Shown in pieces: positions 27,383-37,371 of a DNA stretch of 64,000 nt. The position numbers and the translations under genes are program-made. The stretch lies in the NCBI GenBank assembly GCA_964188305.1, contig OZ076892.1, one strand, 5' to 3'. How positions within the stretch are numbered: position 1 is the stretch's first letter; every line of letters begins with the position of its first letter. The stretch is from Podarcis bocagei (Eukaryota). The notes under the pieces were generated by a model that saw only the letters and a list, made by a program, of their open reading frames with translations, ran no database searches and was not told the DNA's origin.

Positions 27383-30300
27383 TGCTCTTGGCCCTGTGGT
27401 TTCCTTTCCTCTGCTGTTCATAGCTTTGAATTATTGAATGAGGGATCTGTTTGCAAGCTTGGGGCTTCTGGCATGTGGTTTGGGTTCCTCTGCCTTTGTG
27501 CTTCTCCAGCGACTTCTGGGTCTGGATCATGCTGGATTGCCTTTGACACAGCAGAGGAGGGGAGTATGTTGGGGTGAAGGGCCAAGGGTCTCAGTTGAGC
27601 TGAGGCACCAGCAAAGAGGGGACACGATCCTGGACCAGTTTACAGAGTCAAGAGTGTGGCAACAGCCCTGTGTTGTGCTTCTGAACAGCTGCAGTGTTTC
27701 CACTTGTGGTTGTGTGGCTGGCATCTGCTTGGGGCTCCAGGAGTAGACCTTGGTGCATGCATGAGCAGCCCTTTCGTCCAGACTTGGAACTCCAAAATGA
27801 GTGGCTGCAGGGAAGTGAGGTGGGATTTCAGCTGGACAGGAGGAGTGAGTTCACCCCCAGATTGCATGGACCTCTCTGCTTTGGAGCTGGTGTAGCCTTG
27901 GCAGACCTTGTGGGCATGCAGAGTGTGGTTCCTGTGCCCAGTGGCACTAACTGACTTTTTCTCCCAGGCAAGAGGAAAGCCCCTCAGTATGTGGGGACAA
28001 GCCTATTCTGAGGCGCTTTGAGTAAGTACAGAGATCATGTGTGTTTCATCAGGCTTAGGCTGGTTCTGGAGATCTCGCTTTGGTTTCAGGCCCAGGAATT
28101 TGTTGATCCTTGTTGAGTTCCTCAGGCAAAGAATGCTCCTGAATCTCTGCAGTGGCCTCAAAAGTGCCTGGTGGATGGAAGCCAATACTCTTGGGCAGCC
28201 TTGGCCCCCTGCCACTGATAGAAGGTCCTTCCTGGCCCACTGGAGGCAGTTCATCCAGCAAGCTGCATTTGGGCCTCTTCTAGACCCACCATCCCAGCTT
28301 CCATGTTTCCTCGTACAGGGCAGCATTGATGTCAAGACCACCCAGTAGCCAACCCAGGTTACCTAGCAGAGGAGGTGAAGCTGAGAAGCAGCAGTGACTT
28401 GCCAAGGGACCCCCAGTGAATTACAGGGCTGAGTGGGGCTTGAGCTGCTGTGTGCCACCCATCCACTCTCTCTTCCATCTGCTGCACTGTCCTGGTCCAT
28501 GCTGGCCTTCTGGTGCCCATGGGAGAGGGCAGGGAGCAGGATTCGGGGCTGGCTGAGGTGCCATACTTTCTTGACATCCCTTTCCCACCTTATAGGCTGC
28601 TGGGTTCTGTATGAGATGGGGCCCTGGGCCAGTTGGAGTGTGGCTGTCCTGGAGCAGTCCTGTGTTGAGGAAAACTGCAGGAGCTTGGGAGAAAAGACTG
28701 GAGGAGGGTCTGCGCAGTTGCCTTTGCTGATGCTATTGAGGATCTCAGCCTGTACCTCTTTAAACAGGCGCCAAGAGAGCTTTGGGCCTCAGAGGAACCA
28801 CCACTGATGGGTGTCAGCATTTGTGCCAAGTGCTGGACCTCCTGTGTGTTGCAGTGTCTGATAGATTGGCTCTACCAGTCTCTGGGGGGGACAGCTGTTG
28901 GGTGGGATGAGCCTCATCCTGATTGCTGTGTGGTGATGGAACATTGTGTCCCTGGTGCTGAATGATGTAGCATTTTGCTTCTCTCATAGAGCACGCTTCC
29001 TGGAAAATCTTGCTGCTTCCCAGAAAGAGAAGTTGGTTGCAATCTCCAAGGGGCGAGCCGAGGTCCTTGCTGAAGCTACTCCGAGCACTGAGCAGCTCTC
29101 CCCAGGTAATGCAGCAAAAGAGCCGGCAGTGTTGGCCAAAGGTTTGTTGCTGAGGCTTCTCCTTTTCTGTGCTGCTTGTCAACTGCCTAGCCTGTCTCCT
29201 TTCCTAGTTAAACCTTAACTCTTCCTCTGTGCCCTTAGGGAGGTGGCGTGAAGGACAGGAGAGAAACGGCGATGGAACAGAGCTCAGCTCTGCATTGGCC
29301 TTGGCTGGCTTTGAAGGCGAAGAGGCCAGGGAGAGCCTGCCAGGCGAGGGGCCCTCCAGCAGCAGCCCTGGGCTGGGTCCCAATTGCACCCCAAGCCCAG
29401 AAAGCCCAGTTCCGCTGTGCGATGGAGAAGATCCCCGCAGCCACCCTGTGCCTGGAAAGAAGCTCAACCTTGACACACTGTTCTCCAATAACAGCCCTGC
29501 AAGCCTGGAAGGTGTGATTCTTGCCCCAGCAGAAGAGTTCCAGGCAGACGCCGGGAGTGAAGAAGGCAGCCCACAGAGCAATGGGAAACAGGGCAGCCCC
29601 TCCAACCTGCAGGCCCGGCCATTGCGGGCTCAGTTCAGCCTTGAGGCAGAAGCCAGCCTGCAGAGCCTGGAGAGGACTTTCATGACTCCCTACAGGAAGG
29701 GAGCGGAGGTGATGCGAGGGCCCCTGGAGCTCAGCCCCAAGCACCTGAAGATCAGAGATTTGGACTTCTCTGACCTGGGTGAGGAGGAAGACTTTGATAT
29801 CCTAGAAACAGAGACTGTGCCTGACCATGTGGTTGTGGCTGCCAGTGGGGCTCCGGCCCCTCCACCCCTCCCTCCCAGCTGCCCTCCACCCCCACCAGGC
29901 TGTGCCTTTCCCCCTCCCCCTCCCCCACCCCCACCAGGCTGTGCCTTTCCCCCGCCTCCTCCACCCCCACCAGGCTGTCCTCCTCCAGGCTTGCTGGGCT
30001 CCTCCAGGGAGGATGCCCACTCCCCAGCAAAGAAGAAAAAAACTATTAAGCTCTTCTGGAGGGAGCTAAAGAACGTGGACAGCTCTGCCAGGCGGGAAGG
30101 AAGAGGAGACCCCTTTGGGCCAGCCACTCTGTGGGCATCTCTGGAGAAGGTGGAGGTTGACACCACCAAGATGGAACATCTCTTCGAGTCCAAGACGAAG
30201 GACGTGCTGAGCTCGAAGGTAGGTTGGGGCTCCTCAGTGTTGGCTACAGGAGGGAGGAGGACTCTCTCCTGAGCTTGGGCTGTGGGGTTCTTGCAGGAGG

Positions 30301-33300
30301 CTTTGCCCATGCTTTCTAGTGGGGTTGTGGAAAGGGAATGCAGAGCATTTTTAATAGACTTATTTTTAAATAAGTGTGCCAGAGGCTCAAAGCAGAGGAG
30401 CCCAAGGAGCTGCCTTGCCCTGAGTCTGACTCTTGGCCTGGTCTGACCAGAGTCCCTAGGGCTCTGGAAGCTCCCTTGACCTGCTCCCTGGAGGTGCCAA
30501 GAACTGATCCAGGGACTTTGGGCTCTGCCCTTGAGCTTCTCTCTGACTTCCAGTCTCCTCTATTCAGTGCTGCTCTTCCTTATCACTGCCCCTTCGACCC
30601 TCTTTCCTTCAAGGACTACTAGCCCATGTGATTTCTTCTTCCATCTTGAATGTGCCTGGAGCAAGCTGCGCTGTCAGGGCCTAGCCAGCAGAGCCTCAGG
30701 CAGAGACTGTTCTTGTCAGTCAAAGAGAAGAAGCTTTGTCCTTTGCAGGCAGAGACCAGCCACTATCTTGCTCTGGGGTCCTCTGCCTGTCCTGCCCAGT
30801 TGTGATACTTGCGGGTTGACATTGGGTCCAGGTCTCACCTGCCGGTTTACGCTACCTTGCAGGAAAGTTGTGGGGCTGAAAGAGGAGAACCTCCAAAGAT
30901 GGGGTGATAGTATGACAGACAAAAACATCAACCCTTCCCTTCTTTCACTCCCAAGAAAGCTGTTGATGGGAAGAAGCTAATTGTGGTCTTGGATCCCAAG
31001 AGGAGCAATGCCATCAACATCGGCTTGACAGTGCTGCCTCCCATACACATCATCAAGACGGCGATTGTCAACTTTGATGAATTTGCAATTAACAAGGAAG
31101 GGATTGAGGTGAGAATTCTATGTCTCCTGAGAACCCTTGACCATAAAGAGGCCTTCTGGACTACAACTTGCATCAGTCCCAGCTTCATTCGCTCATGCTG
31201 ACTGGGACTGAGGGGACTTGTAGTCCAGAGCATCTGCATGGCACCCGGTTTGGGAAAGCTGCCATGAAGGGCCAGGTGGAGTCATTGTGTCCTGACCGAA
31301 CACCCTCTTCCCTCTTGTTTTGCAGAAAATCTTGACAATGGTTCCAACAGAGGAGGAGAAGCAGAAGATCCAGGAAGCACAGATGGCCAATCCCGACGTG
31401 CCTCTGGGTTCAGCTGAGCAGTTCCTCCTCGCTCTCTCCTCCATCACTGAGCTCACTGCCCGGCTTCAGCTGTGGGCTTTCAAGCTGGACTATGAGGCCA
31501 TGGAGCAGGTACACCCTCAGGATACTGCAGAACCTCTGAAATTGGGGGTGGCACAGGTGGATCCCTCCCCGAGTGCTCTAGCCAGTCCTCCCCATAAATT
31601 TGGCTGGACCTTCTTGCTGGGCTTGCAAGGGGGCCATCGCTGGTGAACCAACCTGCAAGGAAACCGGCTAGCTTGGCGAGAGTGGCTGCTGTGGTTGGAC
31701 TGGCCACATGGCAGATGGTTCCAGGTGTCATTCAGCTGCCCTTTGCTTCCTCCTGCTGCTGAATCCATCCATTGCTTTTGGGTCCTAAGCAAGAACCTGC
31801 GTATCTGAGCCAGCAATTTGCTCGCTCCCTCCAATTTCTGGGGGCAAACAGGTCCTTACAGCTTGTCTTCTGTGTTCCTGCGCAGGAAATTGCAGAGCCG
31901 CTTTTTGATCTGAAACTTGGGATGCAGCAACTGGCCAAAAACCAAACCTTCAAGTGTATCCTTGCCACCCTCCTGGCCATGGGCAACTTCCTGAATGGAT
32001 CCCAGGTGAGGCATGTAATGAGGGCGGGGGCAGGGGCTCAGCTCAGGAGCCAGCACCAAGCAGCTCTGAGCATAAGCTGAGCACCGTTTCCTTCAGCAGG
32101 TGGTCAGACATCTGGGATTGGAGCCTGAGTTTTTTTTGTTCACAGGGCCTGCCCAGATTTTTTTCTTGCCTTTCATGGACCCTCTTAATGTCCACTGTGG
32201 TCACAGGAAGCTGCCTTCTGTCAGGTCAGGCACTTTGCCTGCATCGCCCTGGAGTCCACTCTGGCAGTGACTCTGACAGAGCCAGGTCTTTCTCCTCAGT
32301 TGCACCCAGACCCTCTTCCAAACTTCAGGCACTGGGACCCTCCACCTGCCGGTAGACGTGCTGTGGGGGCAGGTGATCCTGCACCTGGAAGCTGGGGCTC
32401 TTTTTGCAGGCATGCAGTGACTCTTCAGTGTCACACACAAGGCCTGTTGTCTGGCAGCTCTTGCCATCCCCATTGCGTGTGCATCTGTGTCATGCACAAA
32501 GGCCTGTCTCAGGGCACATTGTGCAGGGAAGGTGGGAGGTAGGGCAGACTTTTAGGGCTGGTAGTGGCGACGGCACCTTCCTTTGGTGCAAGTAGCAGCT
32601 GCCGGGTGTCTGTCATGCTGCTGCAAAGAGAACAGGTGAGGAGCTTTCTTCCTGGGCTCTGCTTCTTCCTCAAGCATGGTGCATCATCTTAAATTCCAAT
32701 TTTTGGGGTTTCAGAGCCAAGGGTTTGAGCTGAGCTACCTGGCCAAGGTGTCAGAGGTGAAGGACACAGTGCACCGACAGACCCTGCTCCACCACCTGTG
32801 CCACTTCGTGGTGGAGAAGTTCCCGGACACAACGGACCTCTACTCAGAGATCGCCGCTATCACTCGCTCAGCCAAGGTCAGGGCTGTGTGGGTGGGTGGC
32901 TTCTCCTCTCCTGCTTCTGGGAGGATTTGCTCTGAGAGCCACATCCTGGGCCAAACTCCTGTGTGCAGAATTGATTTGTGTTTGATTTATTCAGCTTGTA
33001 TATCACTTGAGTCCTTTTCTCAGACATACATACATACATACATACATACATACATACATACATACATCTCCTAGTGGGAACATGTTAAATAATGCACAGT
33101 AGCAATTATTAAACCACAGACTAAAACCCAGATTGAGTAAGAAGGAAGTTGGCATGCTGAAACGTGTGCACAGGATGGCAACCAAGACAATAAAGAGTCT
33201 GGAAACCAAGCTTTATATATATGAGGAATGGTTGAGGGAGCTTGGTATGTTTAGCCTAGAGAAGAGAAGACAGAGAGGTGGTAGGACAGCTGTCTTCAAA

Positions 33301-36300
33301 TATCTGAAGGGCTGTCACATGGAAGATGGAGCAAGCTTGTTTTCTCCTCCTCCAAGGCGTAGGACCCAAACCAATGGATTCAAATGACAAGAAAGGAGAT
33401 TCTGACTAAGCATTAGGAAAAACTTTCTGAAAGCAAGAGCTGCTCACCAGTGGAACAGACTTCCTTGGGTGTTGGTGGGCCCTCCTTCACTGGAGGTTTT
33501 TTAACAGAGGTTGGATTTCCATCTGTTAGGGAGGCTTTAACTGTGATTCCTGCATTGCAGGGAGTTGGACCATTGGGATCCCTTCCAAAACTACCAATTT
33601 TATGATTCTATGAACTCTTAAAGAACATCATGATTAAAGCTGCCCATATTAAAATGTTTTTACCTGCTGCGAAAAGGATAGTCCATTTGGCACCCGTGAG
33701 GAGCATTCCGCAGAGAGAAAGGGGGCTGTTGGCAAGAATTGCAAAAAGGCCTTGATATTTCCCTCCAGGTGGACTTTGATGCGCTGGCAGAAAGCCTCCT
33801 GCAGCTGGAGCGACGGTGCAGAGTGTCCTGGGAGAGCCTGAAGGCCATCACAAAGCACGACACCAAGCCGGCCCTAAAGAGCAAACTGATGGACTTCCTT
33901 CACTCCAGCACCCAGAAGATTGTCATCCTCAAGGTGGTCCATCGACGCGTGTTAAATAGGTCTGTGTTAAACAGGGGAGAGGCCTTTGGGCATCTGGCTT
34001 CCCACTAGGTGCCCTGGGTGGCCATTGTGAGGGCAGGGTCCTGGTCGGCTGGGCATCTGTTTTGTTCTTGTGGCCTTTCTGGAGGTGTCATTTTAGAGGT
34101 GTCCTTTTACTGATTACTCTGTTGATGTAGCTTGATGTTCGGTTTGTTGCTCTTGCTCAGAGAAGAGCAAGTGAGTGACAAAGGTTATAAATAAATAAAT
34201 GCCCTGGGCAGGAAGGAGGGAGAGGATGGTGATGCCAGTCAGTTTCCTGCAGTTTAGCCTCTGCCTGCAGGTTCCGCTCCTTTCTGCTGTACTTGGGCTA
34301 TGATCTACGCTTGGCACAGGAGGCAAAGGTCACGGGGTTCTGCCGGACCCTGCGGGAGTTTGCCCTGGAGTACCGCACCTGCCGGGAGCGAGTTCTGCAG
34401 CAGCAGAAGAAACGAGCAGTATATCGCGAAAGGAACAAGACCCGCGGCAGGATGATCACCGAGGCAAGTTCTTCCTGCCCCTCCTAACCCTTGCCTCACC
34501 TGTCCAATGGAAACTTCCAGCACGTGAAGAGGCTTCCTAAGCCCTCTTGTGCCCTTGCAAGAGCAGCTCCTGTGACAACATCTGTGTTGTTGCCTCCCCA
34601 GCTGGCAGCAGGTGGTGTACCCCCTCAGCGTTCTTTCTCTCATTGTAGATGGAGAGGTTTGCTACCGTCAGCAAGCCCGAAGACAGTCCCGCCCCCGCTG
34701 TGCTCTCGGCCAGCCCCGAACAGAAGGACGAAGCTGGCCACAAAAGCATGGCCACAGTGCTTATGTCCACTCCAGAGCCATCTGGCCGCCGCTCCCGAGC
34801 CAGCAGAGGTAGGGAGGTGGGGAGATGTGTCTGTCTCCAGGTAGGGTCAGTCTCCTTTCCCACCCTCATCCAGCTTCTTGGCCACTCCAGAGCCCCTCTC
34901 CCTGGGGGTCTCCCCAAGCCACCAGCTTCCTAGCCGCTGCCTGGCCTTTACAGCTTTGTGTTCTTGCTTACAGTGGTGGTTTGATAATTACAGTTGTTGC
35001 TGGAGTGGTTAAGAAACTGGATCCTGACACAATGGATGGACAGTTCCCAGGTGCAGGCACTGGGTTGTGTCCCAGCTCTGAATGAGGTTGTGGTGCATTG
35101 CTTGAGGGTGCTCTTAGATCCATCACCATTACTAAAGGCCCGGGTGAGCGCAGTGGATCAGAGTACCCAGAACCAACTTTGCCAGGGGTGCCAAATATTA
35201 TAATTCCTGGACAGGGATAGCCTTGCCCTTTGCAGCCTCATGATCAGACTACTTTAATGTGGGGCTGCCCTTGTGCCTGATCCAGAAGCTGCAACTGTTG
35301 CAAAATGCAGCTGCTCTGGGTGCTTGGCAGGAGACCCACAATCCTATCAAGCATAGATTCTGATTAGGGCAGGATGGGGACAGGGATGTGCAGCCAATGG
35401 GCATTTTGTTAAGGTAATGCAATATGCCCCCATATGACCCCAGTGCAGAAAGATCAGCACTTTTGGCTACTGAACCCAAGTACAAAGGTTTGTTATTTAC
35501 ATTTAAAACCCTAAAGAACATGGGGGCAGGTTCCCTACCAGGTGGACACCCCCAGTGCAGACAGGCTGCTCTTTCAAGGAGCCCCTGCTGGTCAGCCTGC
35601 AGCTGGCAGACTATCTTTTGGGAACCATGCAGGTCTTTCTGTGATCAAGTCCAAAGTGGGAGGGAGCCTGCCTCTCGGGAGCTGGTTTTCATGGCAGCCT
35701 CCTCTGTTCTAGGTTTTGGGAAGATCAGCCCTGCCAGCGTGACCCCTCCTGAGGACGATGCCTCTGGCTCTCCTGAGGATGCCTCTGAAGAGATCATGGA
35801 CCGCCTGGTGAAGTCTGTCACCCAGAGCACTCCTCCCCGGCCAGGTGCAGGGAAGGAGCGCAAGCGCTCGCGTGGGAACCGGAAATCCCGTAAGCACAGA
35901 GCTTCTTTTATCGCCCCTTCACAGAGTGCAGCCATGTGTCTGTTTGTGTATGTGTATTCATTTGTGTGTGTTGAGCACGCTTGGATCTCCATTCCAGGCA
36001 ACCCAAATTCAAGACTGGCAGAGAAGAGTGACATTGCTTGTGCCAATTGGCCAAGGGGGCATCATTTATGAGTTCAAACTTTGTTCCCGTTTCTTTTTCC
36101 CTTTTGCATCATTTCCTCTGTTTTTTGCCAATCAAGGGGCAGGAGTGAGAGCCATGAAGGGACTCCCACATTCCACTATATCTTCATTTGTTTCTCATTT
36201 GTTTTCTTACATTTATATCCCCCCTTTGCACCCAGGGGGCTCTGGTGGTACCAGCTTTGGCCTTGTTTTGGGACTGGGAGCTCCTGCCCCGTGGCTGTTA

Positions 36301-36464
36301 GGATGGGGGGATCCTAGGCTGCCTGTGTTAGAATATCCCTGCTTACCTGGACTTCCTTGATCCTTTTGTGCTTCTTCTCAGTGAGGCGCACCCTGAAGAA
36401 CGGCCTCAGTGACGAACTTGTCCAGGCTCTGGGCCTGGCGCAGGCGGCTGGAGTAGCAGTGTGA
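4300..36464 (+). CDS. FHOD1: FH1/FH2 domain-containing protein 1 (formin), whole coding span: 22 constitutive exons, 3831 nt / 1276 aa (1302 aa with the two cassette exons)
   Basis: All exons join in frame with GT/GC-AG boundaries. GBD/FH3 N-terminus, polyproline FH1, FH2 ([14 protein letters not shown]...GNFLNG...ELSYLAKV) and DAD plus basic C-terminus. The 201-nt first coding exon and the C-terminus ([22 protein letters not shown]) fit FHOD1 rather than FHOD3. Confidence 0.96.
8571..8680 (+). mobile_element. CR1 LINE 3' fragment
   Basis: GACTCTCCTTCACTGAAGTTTTTAAAGCAGAGGTTGGATGCCCATCTG..GGTTGGACTAGATGACCCT..ATGATTCT; matches the CR1 3' UTR at ~33480-33612. Confidence 0.7.
9582..9804. mobile_element. 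Non-autonomous hAT-like DNA transposon (MITE) with a nested CR1-tail insertion (~9608-9680)
   Basis: Terminal inverted repeats CAGTGGTTCC / GGAACCACTG; degenerate 8-bp flanks GTACACAC / GTCTACCC; internal GGGGTTGGACTCGATGGCC..(ATTCTATG)n tail. Confidence 0.6.
13169..13275 (+). CDS. FHOD1: FHOD1 exon 2 (107 nt)
   Basis: TTTTGCAG|[35 protein letters not shown]|GTGAAA. Confidence 0.95.
13659..13723 (+). CDS. FHOD1: FHOD1 exon 3 (65 nt)
   Basis: TTGCAG|(S)[21 protein letters not shown]|GTGAGT. Confidence 0.95.
13843..13887. repeat. (CTG)n/(CTGCCA) microsatellite
   Basis: GCTGCTGCTG... run in intron 3. Confidence 0.9.
16030..16390 (+). mobile_element. Old CR1/L3-like LINE 3' fragment
   Basis: CTGAATGTTGGAAGATTCAGGACAGA..ATGGAATTCACTTCCACAAGA..GGCCACTAACTTGGATG..; an antisense relative lies at ~23865-24290. 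Confidence 0.65.
21013..21080 (+). CDS. FHOD1: FHOD1 exon 4 (68 nt)
   Basis: TCCTCCAG|(E)[22 protein letters not shown]|GTAAGG. Confidence 0.95.
21434..21539 (+). CDS. FHOD1: FHOD1 exon 5 (106 nt)
   Basis: CTGCAG|[35 protein letters not shown]|GTAAGT. Confidence 0.96.
23030..23350 (-). mobile_element. L2-like LINE 3' fragment
   Basis: ATTTATTTATATCCCACC..GGGACTCAAGGCAGCTTAC..GTCTTCACCTGCCGGC..GGGAGTTTCAAAGTCTGGGAGCAGCCACC.GGAAGGCCCTCTCC, typical of reptile L2 3' ends. Similar tails at ~9960-10050, ~19660-19745, ~21730-21862 and ~40645-40830. Confidence 0.6.
23585..23679 (+). CDS. FHOD1: FHOD1 exon 6 (95 nt)
   Basis: CCTTCCAG|(A)[31 protein letters not shown]|GTGAGT. Confidence 0.96.
23955..24180. 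mobile_element. Tc1/mariner (Tigger-like) MITE nested in an older CR1 fragment
   Basis: TA target duplication (23953-23954 / 24181-24182); TIRs CAGTGGTACCT.. / ..AGGTACCCCTG; CR1 sequence resumes on both sides. Confidence 0.85.
24636..24747 (+). CDS. FHOD1: FHOD1 exon 7 (112 nt)
   Basis: CTGCTAG|[37 protein letters not shown]|GTGAGT. Confidence 0.96.
24945..25039 (+). CDS. FHOD1: FHOD1 exon 8 (95 nt)
   Basis: CTTACAG|(G)[31 protein letters not shown]|GTGAAT. Confidence 0.96.
25161..25304 (+). CDS. FHOD1: FHOD1 exon 9 (144 nt)
   Basis: GTGCAG|[32 protein letters not shown]|GTGATG. Confidence 0.96.
25446..25654 (+). CDS. FHOD1: FHOD1 exon 10 (209 nt)
   Basis: CTTGCAG|[29 protein letters not shown]|GTGAGT. 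Confidence 0.92.
25767..26117 (+). mobile_element. 5'-truncated L1/Tx1-clade LINE 3' end in FHOD1 intron 10
   Basis: ORF2-like C-terminus [32 protein letters not shown]-rich 3' UTR tract, AATAAA merging into poly(A) at 26107-26117, imperfect TSD AAAGAGTGGGGCAG (25753-25766) / AGAGAGAGGGGCAG (26117-26130). Confidence 0.75.
26360..26470 (+). CDS. FHOD1: FHOD1 exon 11 (111 nt)
   Basis: TTTTCCAG|(R)[24 protein letters not shown](K)|GTAGGT. Confidence 0.92.
27293..27316 (+). CDS. FHOD1: FHOD1 cassette microexon (24 nt, LHETAPAW)
   Basis: Long polypyrimidine tract ending TTTTCCAG, donor GTAAGT, phase 2-2; resembles the LHQTASVW insert of the long human FHOD1 isoform. Confidence 0.85.
27340..27381. 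repeat. (TG)21 microsatellite
   Basis: Perfect TG run starting 24 nt downstream of the microexon. Confidence 0.95.
27968..28021 (+). CDS. FHOD1: FHOD1 cassette exon (54 nt, [18 protein letters not shown])
   Basis: Branch point ACTAAC (27946-27951), acceptor TTTTTCTCCCAG, donor GTAAGT, phase 2-2, open frame; 24+54 = 78 nt. Confidence 0.82.
   Translation, partial: ARGKPLSMWGQAYSEAL
28990..29105 (+). CDS. FHOD1: FHOD1 exon 12 (116 nt)
   Basis: CTCTCATAG|[32 protein letters not shown]|GTAATG. Confidence 0.95.
29239..30218 (+). CDS. FHOD1: FHOD1 exon 13 (980 nt; linker, FH1 polyproline, start of FH2)
   Basis: CCCTTAG acceptor in phase 1; [18 protein letters not shown], poly-Pro, [21 protein letters not shown]; donor GTAGGT. 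Confidence 0.93.
30956..31108 (+). CDS. FHOD1: FHOD1 exon 14 (153 nt)
   Basis: CACTCCCAAG|[35 protein letters not shown]|GTGAGA. Confidence 0.92.
31326..31508 (+). CDS. FHOD1: FHOD1 exon 15 (183 nt)
   Basis: TTTGCAG|[32 protein letters not shown]|GTACAC. Confidence 0.96.
31886..32005 (+). CDS. FHOD1: FHOD1 exon 16 (120 nt)
   Basis: GCGCAG|[24 protein letters not shown]|GTGAGG. Confidence 0.96.
32715..32876 (+). CDS. FHOD1: FHOD1 exon 17 (162 nt)
   Basis: TTTCAG|[35 protein letters not shown]|GTCAGG. Confidence 0.96.
33024..33067. repeat. (ACAT)n microsatellite
   Basis: Perfect tetranucleotide run. Confidence 0.95.
33120..33612 (+). mobile_element. CR1 LINE 3' fragment in FHOD1 intron 17
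   Basis: ORF2 C-terminus ([43 protein letters not shown]), CR1 3' UTR and ATTCTATG tail. Confidence 0.9.
33769..33959 (+). CDS. FHOD1: FHOD1 exon 18 (191 nt)
   Basis: CCCTCCAG|[31 protein letters not shown](R)|GTCTGT. Confidence 0.96.
34271..34463 (+). CDS. FHOD1: FHOD1 exon 19 (193 nt), followed by a GC donor
   Basis: CTGCAG|[42 protein letters not shown]|GCAAGT. Confidence 0.94.
34649..34808 (+). CDS. FHOD1: FHOD1 exon 20 (160 nt)
   Basis: CATTGTAG|[27 protein letters not shown]|GTAGGG. Confidence 0.9.
35713..35889 (+). CDS. FHOD1: FHOD1 exon 21 (177 nt; DAD core and basic region)
   Basis: GTTCTAG|(G)[34 protein letters not shown]|GTAAGC. Confidence 0.94.
36382..36464 (+). CDS. FHOD1: FHOD1 exon 22 coding part (83 nt to TGA)
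   Basis: CTTCTCAG|(L)[26 protein letters not shown]. Confidence 0.94.
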
Positions 36465-36780
36465 TGGCGAAGAGGGCCCGTGGCCTTGGAGGAGATTCTG
36501 AGGTAGAGCAGACTGCCCATCGGCTGGAGGAAGCTGGGGCTGGCCACTGCTTGTGTGTCCAGCAGAGCCCTGTGATACCTGCACAGTTCTACGTGGGAGA
36601 CGCTCATCATCAGATTTGCCTCGAGTGGAACCTTGCCAGCGTGTTTAGCTTTTGTCACTCCCTGAAGCCAGCCCCCTCACCTTCCCCTGACTGTGGTGCA
36701 GCTGGGGGGGGGCAGTGCTGGCCATGCTGTGCAAAGACTTCCCCAGAGTGTGGGGGAGGGACCCCACCTGCCTAGAAAAG

Positions 36781-36796
36781 TATTATATATATATAT

Positions 36797-36840
<44 letters not shown>
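36781..36840. repeat. (TA)n(TG)n compound microsatellite in the FHOD1 3' UTR
   Basis: Direct observation. Confidence 0.95.
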
Positions 36841-36842
<2 letters not shown>

Positions 36843-37365
36843 GTGTTTAGACTGTTTCCGTCCAGTTCCTGATTGAGGGGCATGGCTCAGGAACGAGAGA
36901 GTTGGCTACCTGGCTGCTGGGAGCCAGCTGGCTCCAAATCAATTAGCCTCTCTCTCTCTCCTGGGACTTCTCCTACGTAGCAGGTCAAATAGTCCACAGC
37001 CCTTCTGCAAGCCTGGCCGCTCCTGACTGTGAGATGGAGCCACCTCCCTGGGCAGCCCTGAGCCCAGTGAGCCTTGGGACAAGCTCTTCCTGACGCCCCC
37101 CCCCCCCGCAAAGACAGGCTCTGCTGGCCTGTGTTTGTCTGCAGCAGAGTCGCTTGCATCCCCTGTGTGATAAACTCCCAGCAGTCCCAACGTGAGGGTC
37201 CGTTCTGGGCAGCCGGAGAGCTAAGTGAGCAGAGGGGACATTTGGGCAACTCCCGCTGCCATCCAGGTACAATCCTGAACAAGGGTTTATAAAGCTGGCA
37301 GCCAGCTTCCCTGTTGCATAGAGCTCCTAATCAGTGGTTGGCTGGTGTTCAAATGAATAATGAGA

Positions 37366-37371
37366 AATAAA
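37366..37371 (+). terminator. Probable FHOD1 polyadenylation signal
   Basis: First AATAAA I find after the stop (~900 nt downstream), followed by a T/GT-rich element at ~37409-37435. Confidence 0.7.

Noticed and set aside
28768-28812. Possible extra cassette exon in FHOD1 intron 11
   Set aside because: In-frame TGA and a weak donor; the 27968-28021 exon fits much better.
29690-30310. Gly-rich 206-aa antisense ORF
   Set aside because: Mirror of the FH1 polyproline codons.
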